Notes under the pieces: generated by a model
The model's input: only the letters and a program-made list of their open reading frames with translations
Databases searched by the model: none
What the model was told of the DNA's origin: nothing
Translations under genes and position numbers: made by a program
In this document: in pieces, positions 48,146-57,295 of the stretch
Position numbering within the stretch: position 1 is the first letter of the stretch
How the letters are laid out: each line of letters begins with the position of its first letter
From: an uncultured Alphaproteobacteria bacterium
Lineage (GTDB): Bacteria; Pseudomonadota; Alphaproteobacteria; Rhizobiales; Methyloligellaceae
Assembly (NCBI GenBank): GCA_963745855.1
Contig: CAVUZR010000021.1
Span: 851-64,850, forward strand
Length of the DNA: 64,000 bases
Direction of reading: 5' to 3'

Positions 48146-49092
48146 TCACCACGCTCGCGGTGCAGGCCGCACAGATGCTGCTGGTGTTGGGGCTCGCGCC
48201 GCTCCTCGTCGGTTTCGTGCGCAAGGTCAAGGCCCGGTTGCTTCGCCGCCAAGGTCCGCCGCTCATTCAGCCTTACCGCGACCTCATCCGGCTCCTGCGC
48301 AAGGACGTGGTACTGGCGACAAGTGCCTCCTGGCTGTTCCGCGCCATCCCCTATCTCATCTTCGCCGCGACCTGGGTGGCGGCGGCGCTGGTGCCGACCT
48401 TCGCCACCGGGCTGATGTTCTCCTGGTCGGCCGATCTGATCGTCATCATCGCGCTGCTTGGGCTCGCCCGCTTTTTCCTGGCGCTTGCCGGCCTCGATGT
48501 GGGCACGAGCTTTGGCGGCATCGGCTCAAGCCGCGAGGTGATGATCGCCTCGCTCGCCGAGCCGGCGATGCTGATGATCGTGTTCACGCTGGCGCTCACC
48601 GCCGGCTCGACCCAGCTCTCCACGATGGCAGAGTACCTTGCCTCGGGAGAAGCCGGTTTGCGTTTCTCGCTCGGGCTTGCGCTGATCGCGCTGATCATCG
48701 TGGCCATCGCCGAGAACGCACGCATCCCGGTCGACAATCCGGCGACGCACCTTGAGCTGACCATGGTGCATGAGGCCATGGTGCTCGAATATTCGGGGCG
48801 GCACCTGGCTCTGATCGACCTGTCGGCTGAGCTCAAGCTTTTGCTCTATGTGTCGCTGATCGCCTGCCTATTCATGCCCTGGGGCATCGCCGCACCTGAT
48901 GCCGGACTCGAGGCGCTGCTCATCGGCGTCATCGCCTATATCGCCAAGCTCGCTGCCGGCGGCTTCCTGCTGGCGGTGTTCGAAACCTCAATCGCCAAGA
49001 TGCGCGTGTTTCGCGTGCCTGAATTCCTGGGCGTGGCGCTCATGCTCGCGCTTCTCGCCACCCTGCTTCTGTTCGTGTCGCGGAGCCTCTAG
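48136..49092 (+). CDS. hyfC: HyfC/HycD-like (NuoH family) membrane subunit
   Basis: ..VRKVKARLLRRQGPPLIQPYRDLIRLLRK.. and ..PATHLELTMVHEAMVLEYSG.. are typical. Confidence 0.8.
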   Translation: MAMITTLAVQAAQMLLVLGLAPLLVGFVRKVKARLLRRQGPPLIQPYRDLIRLLRKDVVLATSASWLFRAIPYLIFAATWVAAALVPTFATGLMFSWSADLIVIIALLGLARFFLALAGLDVGTSFGGIGSSREVMIASLAEPAMLMIVFTLALTAGSTQLSTMAEYLASGEAGLRFSLGLALIALIIVAIAENARIPVDNPATHLELTMVHEAMVLEYSGRHLALIDLSAELKLLLYVSLIACLFMPWGIAAPDAGLEALLIGVIAYIAKLAAGGFLLAVFETSIAKMRVFRVPEFLGVALMLALLATLLLFVSRSL

Positions 49093-49755
49093 ATGCACGG
49101 CCTCAATTTCGATATCGCGCATCTCCTCGCCGGCTCACTCGTGCTGGTGAGCTTCATGCTGCTCTATCAGGACCGGCTCTATGCGCTGCTCAATGTCTAT
49201 GCGCTCCACGCCGTCGTGCTGGCGCTGTCGGTCGCCTGGCAGGCTTACATCCAAGACGCGCCGCATCTCTACATCACCGCGGCGATCGCGCTTCTATTCA
49301 AGGCGATCGTCATCCCCGTGGCGCTACACCGGATGATTGTCAAGCTCGGCATCCATCGCGAGATCGAGGCCGTCGGCGGCATCGGCCTCACCATGCTGCT
49401 CGGCATGGGGCTTGTGGCGCTCGCCATGGTGGTGACGCTGCGCGCGACCGAAGGCGCGGGCCTGCTCGCCCGTGAGGACCTCGCCTTTGCGCTGTCTGTG
49501 GTGCTGCTCGGCCTCCTGATGATGGTGGCGCGGCGAAATGCCGTCAGTCAGGTCGTCGGCTTTATGTCGCTCGAGAACGGGCTGGTGCTCGCCGCCACCG
49601 GCGCCAAGGGTATGCCGCTCGTGGTCGAGATCAGCGTCGCCTTCTCGATCCTCATCGCCTTCATCGTCATCGGCATCTTCCTGTTCCGCATCCGCGAGCG
49701 TTTCGACACGGTCGATGTCGCGGCGCTGGACCGCTATCGGGGTGAGCACGGATGA
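49093..49755 (+). CDS. hyfE: hydrogenase-4 component E-like membrane subunit
   Basis: 220-aa hydrophobic protein with ..GFMSLENGLVLAA.. (NuoK-like core). Confidence 0.7.
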   Translation: MHGLNFDIAHLLAGSLVLVSFMLLYQDRLYALLNVYALHAVVLALSVAWQAYIQDAPHLYITAAIALLFKAIVIPVALHRMIVKLGIHREIEAVGGIGLTMLLGMGLVALAMVVTLRATEGAGLLAREDLAFALSVVLLGLLMMVARRNAVSQVVGFMSLENGLVLAATGAKGMPLVVEISVAFSILIAFIVIGIFLFRIRERFDTVDVAALDRYRGEHG

Positions 49756-51194
49756 GCTTCGATACCGTGACCTTGCTCTTCCTCATCCCGGCGCTGGCGG
49801 CGGTGGTGATCGCGCTAATGCCTGGCTCGAAGCTCAGCGCCTATGTCAACGCCGGCGCGTCCTTCCTCACCTTCCTTGCCGCGTTATCGCTGCTGTGGGT
49901 CGATCGCCCTGCCCCCGGCGCCTATGTGCTGGTCGATGAGTTCAACACCATCTTCGTGGTGCTCATTACCTTTGTTGCCTTCACCACCAGCGTGTTCAGC
50001 GCGACGTATGTCGAGTATGAGCTTGAGGCCGGGCGGGTGACCCCGGCCTTCCTCAAGCTCTACCACGCGCTCTATCAGGCGCTCACGCTCTGCTTCAATC
50101 TCGCGCTACTTAGTAACAATATCGGCGTGATGTGGGTGGCGATCGAGCTTGCCACGCTCACCACCGTGGTCATGGTCGGCATCTACCGCACCCACGCAGC
50201 GATTGAGGCCGCGTGGAAATATTTCATTCTGGCGAGCGTCGGCATCGCCCTCGCTTTGTTCGGCACCATCCTCGTCTATATGGCGGCAGAGCCGGTGATG
50301 GGCGCCGGGCTCAATGCCATGGTGTGGACCAACCTCGTTGCCAATGCGGCGAAGTTGGAACCGGCGATGCTCAATCTTGCCTTCGTGTTCCTGCTGCTCG
50401 GCTACGGCACGAAGATCGGTCTCTTCCCACTGCATGCCTGGCTCCCCGACGCCCATGCCGAAGGTCCGACGCCGATCACCGCCGTGCTATCCGGGCTGCT
50501 GCTCAACGTCGCGCTCTACGCGCTGCTCCGTTGCAAGATGCTGCTCGCCGGCAATCCGGAGGCCTTGGCGCCAGGGCCGCTGATGATCGGCATGGGGCTC
50601 GTTTCCCTGCTGTTCGGCGCCTTCATGCTCTATCGCCGGCGCGACATCAAACGCCTGTTTGCCTATTCCTCCATCGAGCATATGGGCCTGATCACTTTCG
50701 CTTTTGGGCTTGGCGGTCCGATTGCCAATTTCGCCGGACTGTTGCACATGGCGCTGCACTCGCTGACCAAGTCGGCGATCTTCTTCGCCGTCGGCGACAT
50801 CTCGCAGGTCAAGGGCACGCAGAAGATCGCCGACATGGGCGGGCTCACCTCGACCAATCCGCTGATCGGCTGGGGTCTCGTGATTGGCGTCGCAGCCATC
50901 GCAGGCCTGCCTCCGCTCGGCATCTTCACCAGTGAATTTCTGGTGGTCAGTACCACCTTGGCAAAGGCGCCGCTGCTGGCGCTTCCTCTCGTGCTTGGAC
51001 TGCTCGTCGCCATCGGCGCGCTGTTCCTGCAACTGAACCGCATCGCATTCGGCGAGCCTAAGGGTGCGAACCACAAGGTGAAATGCTCCTATGTCCCAAT
51101 GATCCTCCATCTCGGGCTCGTGCTCTGCGCAGGCGTTTATCTGCCCGCATCCCTTGTCGCCTGGTTTCAGGCCGTGGCGAAGCTCCTCGGATAG
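49752..51194 (+). CDS. hyfF: hydrogenase-4 component F-like antiporter subunit (NuoM/N family)
   Basis: ..GYGTKIGLFPLHAWLPDAHAEGPTPITAVLSG.. 480 aa. Confidence 0.8.
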   Translation: MSFDTVTLLFLIPALAAVVIALMPGSKLSAYVNAGASFLTFLAALSLLWVDRPAPGAYVLVDEFNTIFVVLITFVAFTTSVFSATYVEYELEAGRVTPAFLKLYHALYQALTLCFNLALLSNNIGVMWVAIELATLTTVVMVGIYRTHAAIEAAWKYFILASVGIALALFGTILVYMAAEPVMGAGLNAMVWTNLVANAAKLEPAMLNLAFVFLLLGYGTKIGLFPLHAWLPDAHAEGPTPITAVLSGLLLNVALYALLRCKMLLAGNPEALAPGPLMIGMGLVSLLFGAFMLYRRRDIKRLFAYSSIEHMGLITFAFGLGGPIANFAGLLHMALHSLTKSAIFFAVGDISQVKGTQKIADMGGLTSTNPLIGWGLVIGVAAIAGLPPLGIFTSEFLVVSTTLAKAPLLALPLVLGLLVAIGALFLQLNRIAFGEPKGANHKVKCSYVPMILHLGLVLCAGVYLPASLVAWFQAVAKLLG

Positions 51195-51202
51195 GCAAAG
51201 CA

Positions 51203-52717
51203 ATGACCTCGCTCACCGACATCGCCAAGAGCGGCCGGAAGGCGGCAAGCCACCGTCCCTGGCCGCGCGCCATTGTCGGCAGCGACGGCTGGCGGCGCAC
51301 GATCCAAGAACTTGTCGAGGGGCGTGCCACGTTGCTCGGCCTCTGGGGCGACAAGGACGCAGTGCATGTTGCGCTACTCGAGGAGCCGTCAGGCGCGATC
51401 GCTGTTTTTACCCTTGAATGCCCCGACGGCAAATTCCCTTCCGTCGGCGCGCATCACCCACCGGCAATTAGGCTCGAACGCACCATCTCAGATCTCTACG
51501 GCCTGAAACCTGTCGGCGCCTCCGACAGGCGACATTGGCTCGATCTTGGCTTCTGGGGTGTGACCCGTCCGCTCGGCAAACCCAAGAAGCGAGCAATTGA
51601 AGCCTATCCGTACAATTTTCTGCCAGTGGAAGGCGAAGACCTGCATCAGATTCCGGTCGGGCCGGTCCATGCTGGCATTATCGAGCCCGGGCATTTCCGC
51701 TTTACCGCGAATGGCGAGACCGTGGTGCGGCTCGAGCAGCGGCTCGGTTACGTGCACAAGGGCACAGAGTCGCTGATGACCGGGGTGAGCCTCGACAAGG
51801 GAGCGAAACTTGCCGGGCGCACCTCCGGCGACAGCACCGTCGCTTATTCTCTCGCGTTCGCGCAGGCGGTCGAGTCGGCGGTGCAGATCGAGGTTCCGGA
51901 ACGCGCAATCTGGCTACGCGCCCTGATGGCCGAGCTTGAGCGCCTCGCCAACCATTTCGGGGACATCGGCGCCATCTGCAATGATGCGTCGTTCTCTCTC
52001 GCTTTCGCCCAATGCGGCATCCTGCGCGAGCATACCTTGCGCGCGGCGCAAGGCTGCTTCGGCCACCGGTTGATGATGGACCGCATCGTGCCAGGCGGCG
52101 TGACCGACGATCTCTCGGAGAGCCGCATCAAAAATCTTCGCGCCTTGCTTGCCATCGTGCGGCGCCTTTTCCCCGAGGTCGTCGAGATCTACGACAACAC
52201 CGCCTCGCTGCAGGACCGCACCGTCACCACCGGCTACCTCGCGCCGACCCTGGCGCGCGCCTTCGCTGCCGGCGGCTATATCGGCCGCGCTTCTGGCCGT
52301 GCCTTCGACGCGCGGAAAGCTGTGGCTTATGCGCCTTATGACGAGCTCGAATTCGAGGCGCCGGTCCGCGACGACGGCGATGTCAACGCGCGCGTATGGA
52401 TCCGCATCCGTGAGGTCGAGCAGAGTCTGCGGCTGATCGATCAGATCCTCGAACGCCTGCCCAAAGGCCCCATTCACACCGACCGCGCCAAGTCGGGCGG
52501 CGTCAGGGAGGGTCTCGCGCTGGTTGAGGCATTCCGCGGCGACGTGCTCATCGCCGTGCGCATCGGCGAGGATGGCCTGATCGAGCGCTGCCATATGCGC
52601 GATGCGTCCTGGTTCCAATGGCCGCTGCTCGAAGTCGTGATCGAAGGCAACATCGTCGCCGATTTCCCGCTATGCAACAAATCGTTCAACTGCTCCTATT
52701 CGGGCCACGACCTCTAG
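51203..52717 (+). CDS. NuoC-NuoD/HycE-like 'large subunit' lacking the NiFe-ligand cysteines
   Basis: The fold is recognisable (..IPVGPVHAGIIEPGHFRF..RLGYVHKG..). At the L1 position it reads RTSGDSTVAYS instead of RxCGxCxxxH, and the C-terminus is ..FNCSYSGHDL instead of DPCxxCxxR. There is no CxxC anywhere in the protein. Confidence 0.8.
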   Translation: MTSLTDIAKSGRKAASHRPWPRAIVGSDGWRRTIQELVEGRATLLGLWGDKDAVHVALLEEPSGAIAVFTLECPDGKFPSVGAHHPPAIRLERTISDLYGLKPVGASDRRHWLDLGFWGVTRPLGKPKKRAIEAYPYNFLPVEGEDLHQIPVGPVHAGIIEPGHFRFTANGETVVRLEQRLGYVHKGTESLMTGVSLDKGAKLAGRTSGDSTVAYSLAFAQAVESAVQIEVPERAIWLRALMAELERLANHFGDIGAICNDASFSLAFAQCGILREHTLRAAQGCFGHRLMMDRIVPGGVTDDLSESRIKNLRALLAIVRRLFPEVVEIYDNTASLQDRTVTTGYLAPTLARAFAAGGYIGRASGRAFDARKAVAYAPYDELEFEAPVRDDGDVNARVWIRIREVEQSLRLIDQILERLPKGPIHTDRAKSGGVREGLALVEAFRGDVLIAVRIGEDGLIERCHMRDASWFQWPLLEVVIEGNIVADFPLCNKSFNCSYSGHDL

Positions 52718-52726
52718 GAGGCAAGC

Positions 52727-53548
52727 ATGCGACGGCTTCTCTTCAAGAATGTAGCGCGCGGGCGCCTGACGGAGCCACCACCAGCGCCCGACGAAGCTGC
52801 CCTGGCGGAGTTGGCGGCAAATCTCGGCCGTGTGGCGCGGAAGAAGCTTGGCCGCAGCCTGGCCATCCGCGAGGTCGATGCCGGGTCCTGCAATGCCTGC
52901 GAACTCGAGATCCATGCGCTGAACAACGCCTTCTACGATCTCGAGCGCTTCGGCCTGCGCTTCGTCGCCTCGCCGCGCCATGCCGACGTGCTGCTGGTGA
53001 CCGGCCCGGTCACCAAGAACATGCGCGAGGCGCTGGAGCGCACCTATGCCGCGACGCCAGATCCAAAATGGGTGGTGGCGGTCGGCAGTTGCGCAGCGGA
53101 TGGCGGCATTTTCGCCGGGAGCTATGCGGTGGAAGGCGGCGTGTCGCGGGTCGTCCCCGTGGATTTGCACATAAGCGGTTGCCCGCCGACACCCGAGGCC
53201 CTTCTCAGGGGGCTCTTGCGCTCATCGCCGGCGCCTAAGCGGGAAGGCTTGCACGATCGAGAGTGCACAGCAGCAATTGGGTTCGTTTTGCAAAATCCCC
53301 TCGCCCAGGCGTTTACAACTATTAGTTGTTTATATCCTCAATGCTCGTTTTTCTCGGCCCATTCCCTGAAAGAACAAATGTGGAACACCATATATCTGGG
53401 GCCAATTAGGCCACTAAAGGGGGAAATCGAACCATGGCATCAGAAAAGCAGATCGACGCAAATAGGGCCAACGCGAAGAACAGCACCGGCCCGAGGAGCT
53501 TGGCGGGACAGGCACGCTCGCGCCTTAACTCACGGAAGCACGGACTGA
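52727..53548 (+). CDS. NuoB/HycG-like small subunit (FeS cysteines present); 3' end reads into the adjacent phage-like DNA
   Basis: ..DAGSCNACELE.., ..VAVGSCAADGG.., ..ISGCPPTPEAL.. The ORF then continues about 100 codons into AT-richer sequence before its stop. Confidence 0.7.
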   Translation: MRRLLFKNVARGRLTEPPPAPDEAALAELAANLGRVARKKLGRSLAIREVDAGSCNACELEIHALNNAFYDLERFGLRFVASPRHADVLLVTGPVTKNMREALERTYAATPDPKWVVAVGSCAADGGIFAGSYAVEGGVSRVVPVDLHISGCPPTPEALLRGLLRSSPAPKREGLHDRECTAAIGFVLQNPLAQAFTTISCLYPQCSFFSAHSLKEQMWNTIYLGPIRPLKGEIEPWHQKSRSTQIGPTRRTAPARGAWRDRHARALTHGSTD

Positions 53549-54016
53549 CGGCAAAGATGCTCATCATTGTCGGTGAGAACGCCGATGATTTTGATCAGCT
53601 GCGGGTGGAACTCATGGATGAGCATAATCCGCAGTCAGTCCTGGAGTGCGAACTGGTGGAGCGCCTGACGGGGATCCTTTGGCGGCTCCGTCGTGTGCCG
53701 CTCTTCGAGGCCGCGATGCTCGATGCAGCAGGTGTGGAATCAAAAAAATTATGGCTGCCTGCCTGAACCTGAAGGCCAGGAACATAAGCAGGAATTAGAT
53801 GAAGAGGAAGCCGACTGGGAAACGTCGGTTGACTTAGGCCTCGCTTTAATGGATGGGCGTTATGGCGACGCCCACGGCAAGATCGTGCGTCACGAGACTT
53901 CGCTGATGAATGCGTTAGCGAAGACGCTGCAGACGCTCCGTCTCCTTCAGCACGATCGCAATAATAAAGACGACACCGCGAAGCTCAAGATTATTTCCCT
54001 TCCCCCTGCAGCCTGA
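53434..54016 (+). pseudogene. conserved mobile-element hypothetical protein, frameshift at an A7 run near 53742
   Basis: MASEKQIDANRANAKNSTGPRS..RKHGLTA..ECELVERLTGILWRLRRVPLFEAAML.. continues in the next frame as ..ADWETSVDLGLALMDGRYGDAHGKIVRHETSLMNALAKTLQTLRLLQ.. Confidence 0.55.
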
Positions 54017-54082
54017 CTCTAGCGGGACGGAACGCATTTGTTCTCGCCCTGCTGATTCTTCGGACGCAAACGAGGGTTAAAA

Positions 54083-54376
54083 ATGGACCTGAAAAATAAA
54101 ACAGTGACACGTCTGAAGGCAGGCGGTTGGAAGAAGCGAGGGCCAAACAAATTACTATATGCAGGTGAAGTAGACTCCCGCCCGCTCCCACTCGACTACA
54201 TGCTCAGCGTGATGCGCGATCCGATCGCTAGCGCCGAGCTGCGCTTCGCGATGGCCTTGAGGGCGGCGCCCTACTGCCACCCCCGGTACAAGAGTGTTCA
54301 GCCGCCGCCGCGCAAGACCGAGATTCCAGAAAAAATCGAGATGGTCATCATCGATCCTCGTGATGCATACTGGTAG
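54083..54376 (+). CDS. small phage-type protein (hypothetical)
   Basis: ..PLPLDYMLSVMRDPIASAELRFAMALRAAPYCHPRYK.. resembles small ORFs found next to phage terminase or DUF5681 genes. Confidence 0.45.
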   Translation: MDLKNKTVTRLKAGGWKKRGPNKLLYAGEVDSRPLPLDYMLSVMRDPIASAELRFAMALRAAPYCHPRYKSVQPPPRKTEIPEKIEMVIIDPRDAYW

Positions 54377-54547
54377 CAATTCGCCACCTGTTAGTACCCC
54401 GAGCGATGAGCACGGGTAGAGCTCAGCGGTGCCCGTAAGCTCCGAGCTAAGGCCGCCCATTTTCCCGACTGCTTAACTCGGGCAACCGGGACATATCTGG
54501 GCATCCTGTGGCGGGTTTCAAAGTGCCGGTCACTTTGACCATTCGTT

Positions 54548-54790
54548 CTAGTCGTCAGCCCTGCTCTCTCTTAGTCGAATGCCCGGTCCCGTCGCACTGT
54601 CTCCCGGGATAAAAATGATTCCGGCCGCTTCTAGCGCCAATTGAATTTGCTTGAGTGTGGTGACGTTCGTGCCCATTCCGTTTTCAAATCTGCTCACGGT
54701 GTTCGCCGCAACACCTGCGCGTTTTGCCAGATCACGAACTCCCCAGCCAAGAGCCGCCCTTGCCATTCGCACTTGCGAACGGGTGATCAT
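54548..54790 (-). CDS. XRE-family repressor-like HTH protein
   Basis: MITRSQVRMARAALGWGVRDLAKRAGVAANTVSRFENGMG.. It is divergent from the Gp157/Rad52 genes. Confidence 0.7.
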   Translation of the reverse strand: MITRSQVRMARAALGWGVRDLAKRAGVAANTVSRFENGMGTNVTTLKQIQLALEAAGIIFIPGDSATGPGIRLRESRADD

Positions 54791-54818
54791 AAGGTTAGGC
54801 TTCTGTCGCCGAAAATAG

Positions 54819-54846
54819 TTGCGTTGTCGCAATTTTCGGGTATACT
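54819..54846 (+). promoter_or_regulatory. rightward promoter (TTGCGT-16 nt-TATACT) overlapping operator palindrome TTGCG-TTGT-CGCAA
   Basis: Hexamers at 54819-54824 and 54841-54846, palindrome at 54819-54832. It lies between the divergent XRE and Gp157-like genes. Confidence 0.5.
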
Positions 54847-54877
54847 AGCCACAATTCTAATTGATTTGGTTAGTCGC

Positions 54878-55384
54878 ATGAGCGCCCTGCTCCTGAAAAA
54901 CGAGCTCCAGCTTTACAACCGGCTTCATGAACGGCTGCTCGAACAACTCCCTGACATTGACGACGAAACAATTCGGGACACGCTCGAGGGAATCACCGAT
55001 CTCCACGAGATGATAGCTGCGGTGATCCGCTCAGCGCTAGTGGATGAAGCGCTTCATGCAGGGCTTCGCTTTCGGCTCGATGACATGAAAGAACGGCTCT
55101 CGCGGCTCGAGTTAAGGGCCAACAAGAAGCGCGAGCTCGCTCTCGAGGCAATGACTGAGGTTGGGCTTACCAAGCTCGAGCAGCCGGACCTCACCGCCTC
55201 AGCGCGAACGGGTTCTCCCGCTCTCGTGGTCATCGCTGAGGATAGGATCCCCGAAGCCTACTGGCTGCCGCAGCCGCCGAAGCTCGATCGCCACGCGGTC
55301 CTCACAGAGCTCAAGCGGGGCATAGAGATTCCCGGCGCGCAAATGAGCAACCTCAAACCAGTGCTTAGCGTGAGGACAAAGTGA
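54878..55384 (+). CDS. siphovirus Gp157-like protein
   Basis: MSALLLKNELQLYNRLHERLLEQLPDIDDETIRDTLEGITDLHEMIAAV.., ..IPEAYWLPQPPKLDR.. It sits directly upstream of the annealase. Confidence 0.55.
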   Translation: MSALLLKNELQLYNRLHERLLEQLPDIDDETIRDTLEGITDLHEMIAAVIRSALVDEALHAGLRFRLDDMKERLSRLELRANKKRELALEAMTEVGLTKLEQPDLTASARTGSPALVVIAEDRIPEAYWLPQPPKLDRHAVLTELKRGIEIPGAQMSNLKPVLSVRTK

Positions 55385-56199
55385 TGGCGCTTAGCGATAC
55401 CCAAGTTCGCCAATTGAAAGCGAAACTCGAGGGCAAGCACGTCAAAACATGCAAGGCCAACGGTGCCGATCTTCACTATGTCGAAGGATGGCATGTCATC
55501 GCCGAAGCCAACCGCATTTTTGGATATGACGCCTGGGATCGGAGGACGCTTGCCAGCCACTGCGTGTGGAGCGGCACCTCAGGCGCCTACCACGGCGCAG
55601 CTTACTCGGCCAAGGTCCGCGTCAGCGTCCGGGCAGGAGATATCACCATTGTGCGGGAGGGATCGGGGACAGGGGAAGGCAAGGCCCCTACCCCGGGACA
55701 AGCTCACGAGCTTGCCCTTAAGGGTGCCGAGACCGATGCCACCAAGCGTGCGCTTGCCACCTTCGGTAATCCCTTCGGTCTTGCCCTTTATGACCGCGAG
55801 CAGCTTGGCGTCCGCAAAGCCAAAGAAGCGAAGGCTTCGCCGCCGATCGGCCCTTGGATCTTACGCTTGGCTTCTGGTGAGGAAGGAGCAAGCTTCGACA
55901 AGCCAAGCGAGTTCGCAGAGACCCTACGCAAGGCAATGACTGAAGCTCGCGATGTCGAGCTCTTGTTCGCCATCTGGGAGCAGAACGTCGAAACAGTGAG
56001 AGCTGTGAACCGAAGCCTGAAGCAAGAATCACTGCCGAGATCTGGGATTGCGCCTCAGCTGGTAAATCATCTCAAGCAATGCGCCATCGGTTTGGTTAAG
56101 CCCGAGAGCCGAGCTAATGGGTCAGGCGATCCACTACCGAGGACGGCGCGTCCCAAGATCGACAAGAGCGTTCTAACCTTGGGTGAGCCGAAGAATTAA
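55381..56199 (+). CDS. Rad52/22-family single-strand annealing protein
   Basis: ..DLHYVEGWHVIAEANRIFGYDAWDRRT..GSGTGEG..AHELALKGAETDATKRALATFGNPFGLALYD.. Confidence 0.7.
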   Translation: MMALSDTQVRQLKAKLEGKHVKTCKANGADLHYVEGWHVIAEANRIFGYDAWDRRTLASHCVWSGTSGAYHGAAYSAKVRVSVRAGDITIVREGSGTGEGKAPTPGQAHELALKGAETDATKRALATFGNPFGLALYDREQLGVRKAKEAKASPPIGPWILRLASGEEGASFDKPSEFAETLRKAMTEARDVELLFAIWEQNVETVRAVNRSLKQESLPRSGIAPQLVNHLKQCAIGLVKPESRANGSGDPLPRTARPKIDKSVLTLGEPKN

Positions 56200-56438
56200 T
56201 TCAAAAAGGCGCCGAAATCCGACCAATCAGGGATGTGGCAAATGCCACAGCGCCGCTTCGAACAGGGCCCTATCATTATGATTATCGTTGGTCTTGGGGC
56301 TCGAAGCCGCCTCAAATCGAGGAGCTTGACCCAGTTCATTGAAGGATGTTCGCTATGATGCGCATTCTGGCTACACGCATCGAGGAAGGCACCAGCTTCG
56401 CGTCTCCTGCACATGGCTGGCGTCCTAGGTGGCGGCGA

Positions 56439-57149
56439 ATGGAGCGGTCCGAGATCGCAGTGCTCCCGCACACTCTGTCGGGAATCGCCATATTTGCCGG
56501 GCTCACGCCCAAGGCGTTGCAGGCAATCCATCAGCGTTGCTCCTGGCGACGGTATGAGGCGGGCGAGCCAATCGTCGACTATCTCAACTCCTCCGATGAC
56601 GTGTTTTTTGTCACCGCCGGAGAAGCCTCCGTCACCATCTACTCACTCGCCGGCAAAGCCGTCAGTTTTCGGTCTTTGGGACCGGGCGACATATTCGGCG
56701 AATACGCCGCGATAGATGGCGAGCCACGTTCGGCGAGCGTGGAAGCACGGTCGAGCTGCCTGGTCGCTTCGATGTCCGGCAAGGAATTCCGCAAGCTATT
56801 GGAGACTGAGCCGGTCGTGGCGCACGCGGTGCTGAAAGGGCTCGTGCGCAATGCGAGGGGCCTGACCAAGCGCGTCTACGAATTTAGTACGCTTGCTGTC
56901 AACAACCGCATTCAGGCCGAATTGTTGCGCTTGGCGAGCCTCGCACCGCGCGAGGGCAAGGGAGCCCGTCTCGAACCGGCGCCAACCCATGCCGAAATCG
57001 CAAGCCGCATCAGCACCCATCGCGAGGCGGTGACCCGCGAGCTCAATCGGCTGGCAAAAATTGGCATTATCGTGCGCCAGAATGGAACTATTCTCGTCCG
57101 CGATCTCGATAGATTGGCGGCAATGCTGCACGAGATGACCGGCGAATAG
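56439..57149 (+). CDS. Crp/Fnr family transcriptional regulator
   Basis: cNMP-binding-like fold (..FFVTAGEASVTIYSLAGKAVSFRSLGPGDIFGEYAAIDGEPRSASVEA..) and a C-terminal HTH (..THAEIASRISTHREAVTRELNRLAKIGII..). Confidence 0.8.
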   Translation: MERSEIAVLPHTLSGIAIFAGLTPKALQAIHQRCSWRRYEAGEPIVDYLNSSDDVFFVTAGEASVTIYSLAGKAVSFRSLGPGDIFGEYAAIDGEPRSASVEARSSCLVASMSGKEFRKLLETEPVVAHAVLKGLVRNARGLTKRVYEFSTLAVNNRIQAELLRLASLAPREGKGARLEPAPTHAEIASRISTHREAVTRELNRLAKIGIIVRQNGTILVRDLDRLAAMLHEMTGE

Positions 57150-57177
57150 GCCAAGCACCGAGCTTCGTATGTTGGAC

Positions 57178-57266
57178 CCCGGTTATGACGCGCAGGCATT
57201 CTGGATAGACTTCAAGAACAAGCATCCCGATGTCACGGTTAACTTCGAGATCGGATCGTCCGATGC
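57178..57266 (+). repeat. 89-nt diverged duplicate of the 5' part of the downstream binding-protein gene
   Basis: cccggttatgacgcgcaggcattctggatagacttcaagaacaagcatcccgatgtcacggttaacttcgagatcggatcgtccgatgc, compared with 57422-57510. Confidence 0.75.
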
Positions 57267-57295
57267 ACTCACGGCGTCTCAGTGAGGGCCCAGAC

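Larger units (their letters stand above)
53240..56250. mobile_element. prophage/ICE-derived remnant (no integrase)
   Basis: There is a compositional drop from about 53250. Gene content: a conserved MASEKQIDANRANA.. protein, a small terminase-associated-type ORF, an XRE repressor, a divergent promoter, a Gp157-like gene and a Rad52-like annealase. Confidence 0.55.

Noticed and set aside
46136-53548. Functional [NiFe] hydrogenase-4 / formate hydrogenlyase.
   Set aside because: The large subunit lacks the CxxC ligand pairs. No HycF/HyfH-like ferredoxin subunit, formate dehydrogenase or hyp gene is in the window.
53240-56250. Intact prophage or integrative element.
   Set aside because: No integrase, terminase large subunit, capsid, tail or lysis genes are present. 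Only a regulatory/recombination module and small ORFs remain.
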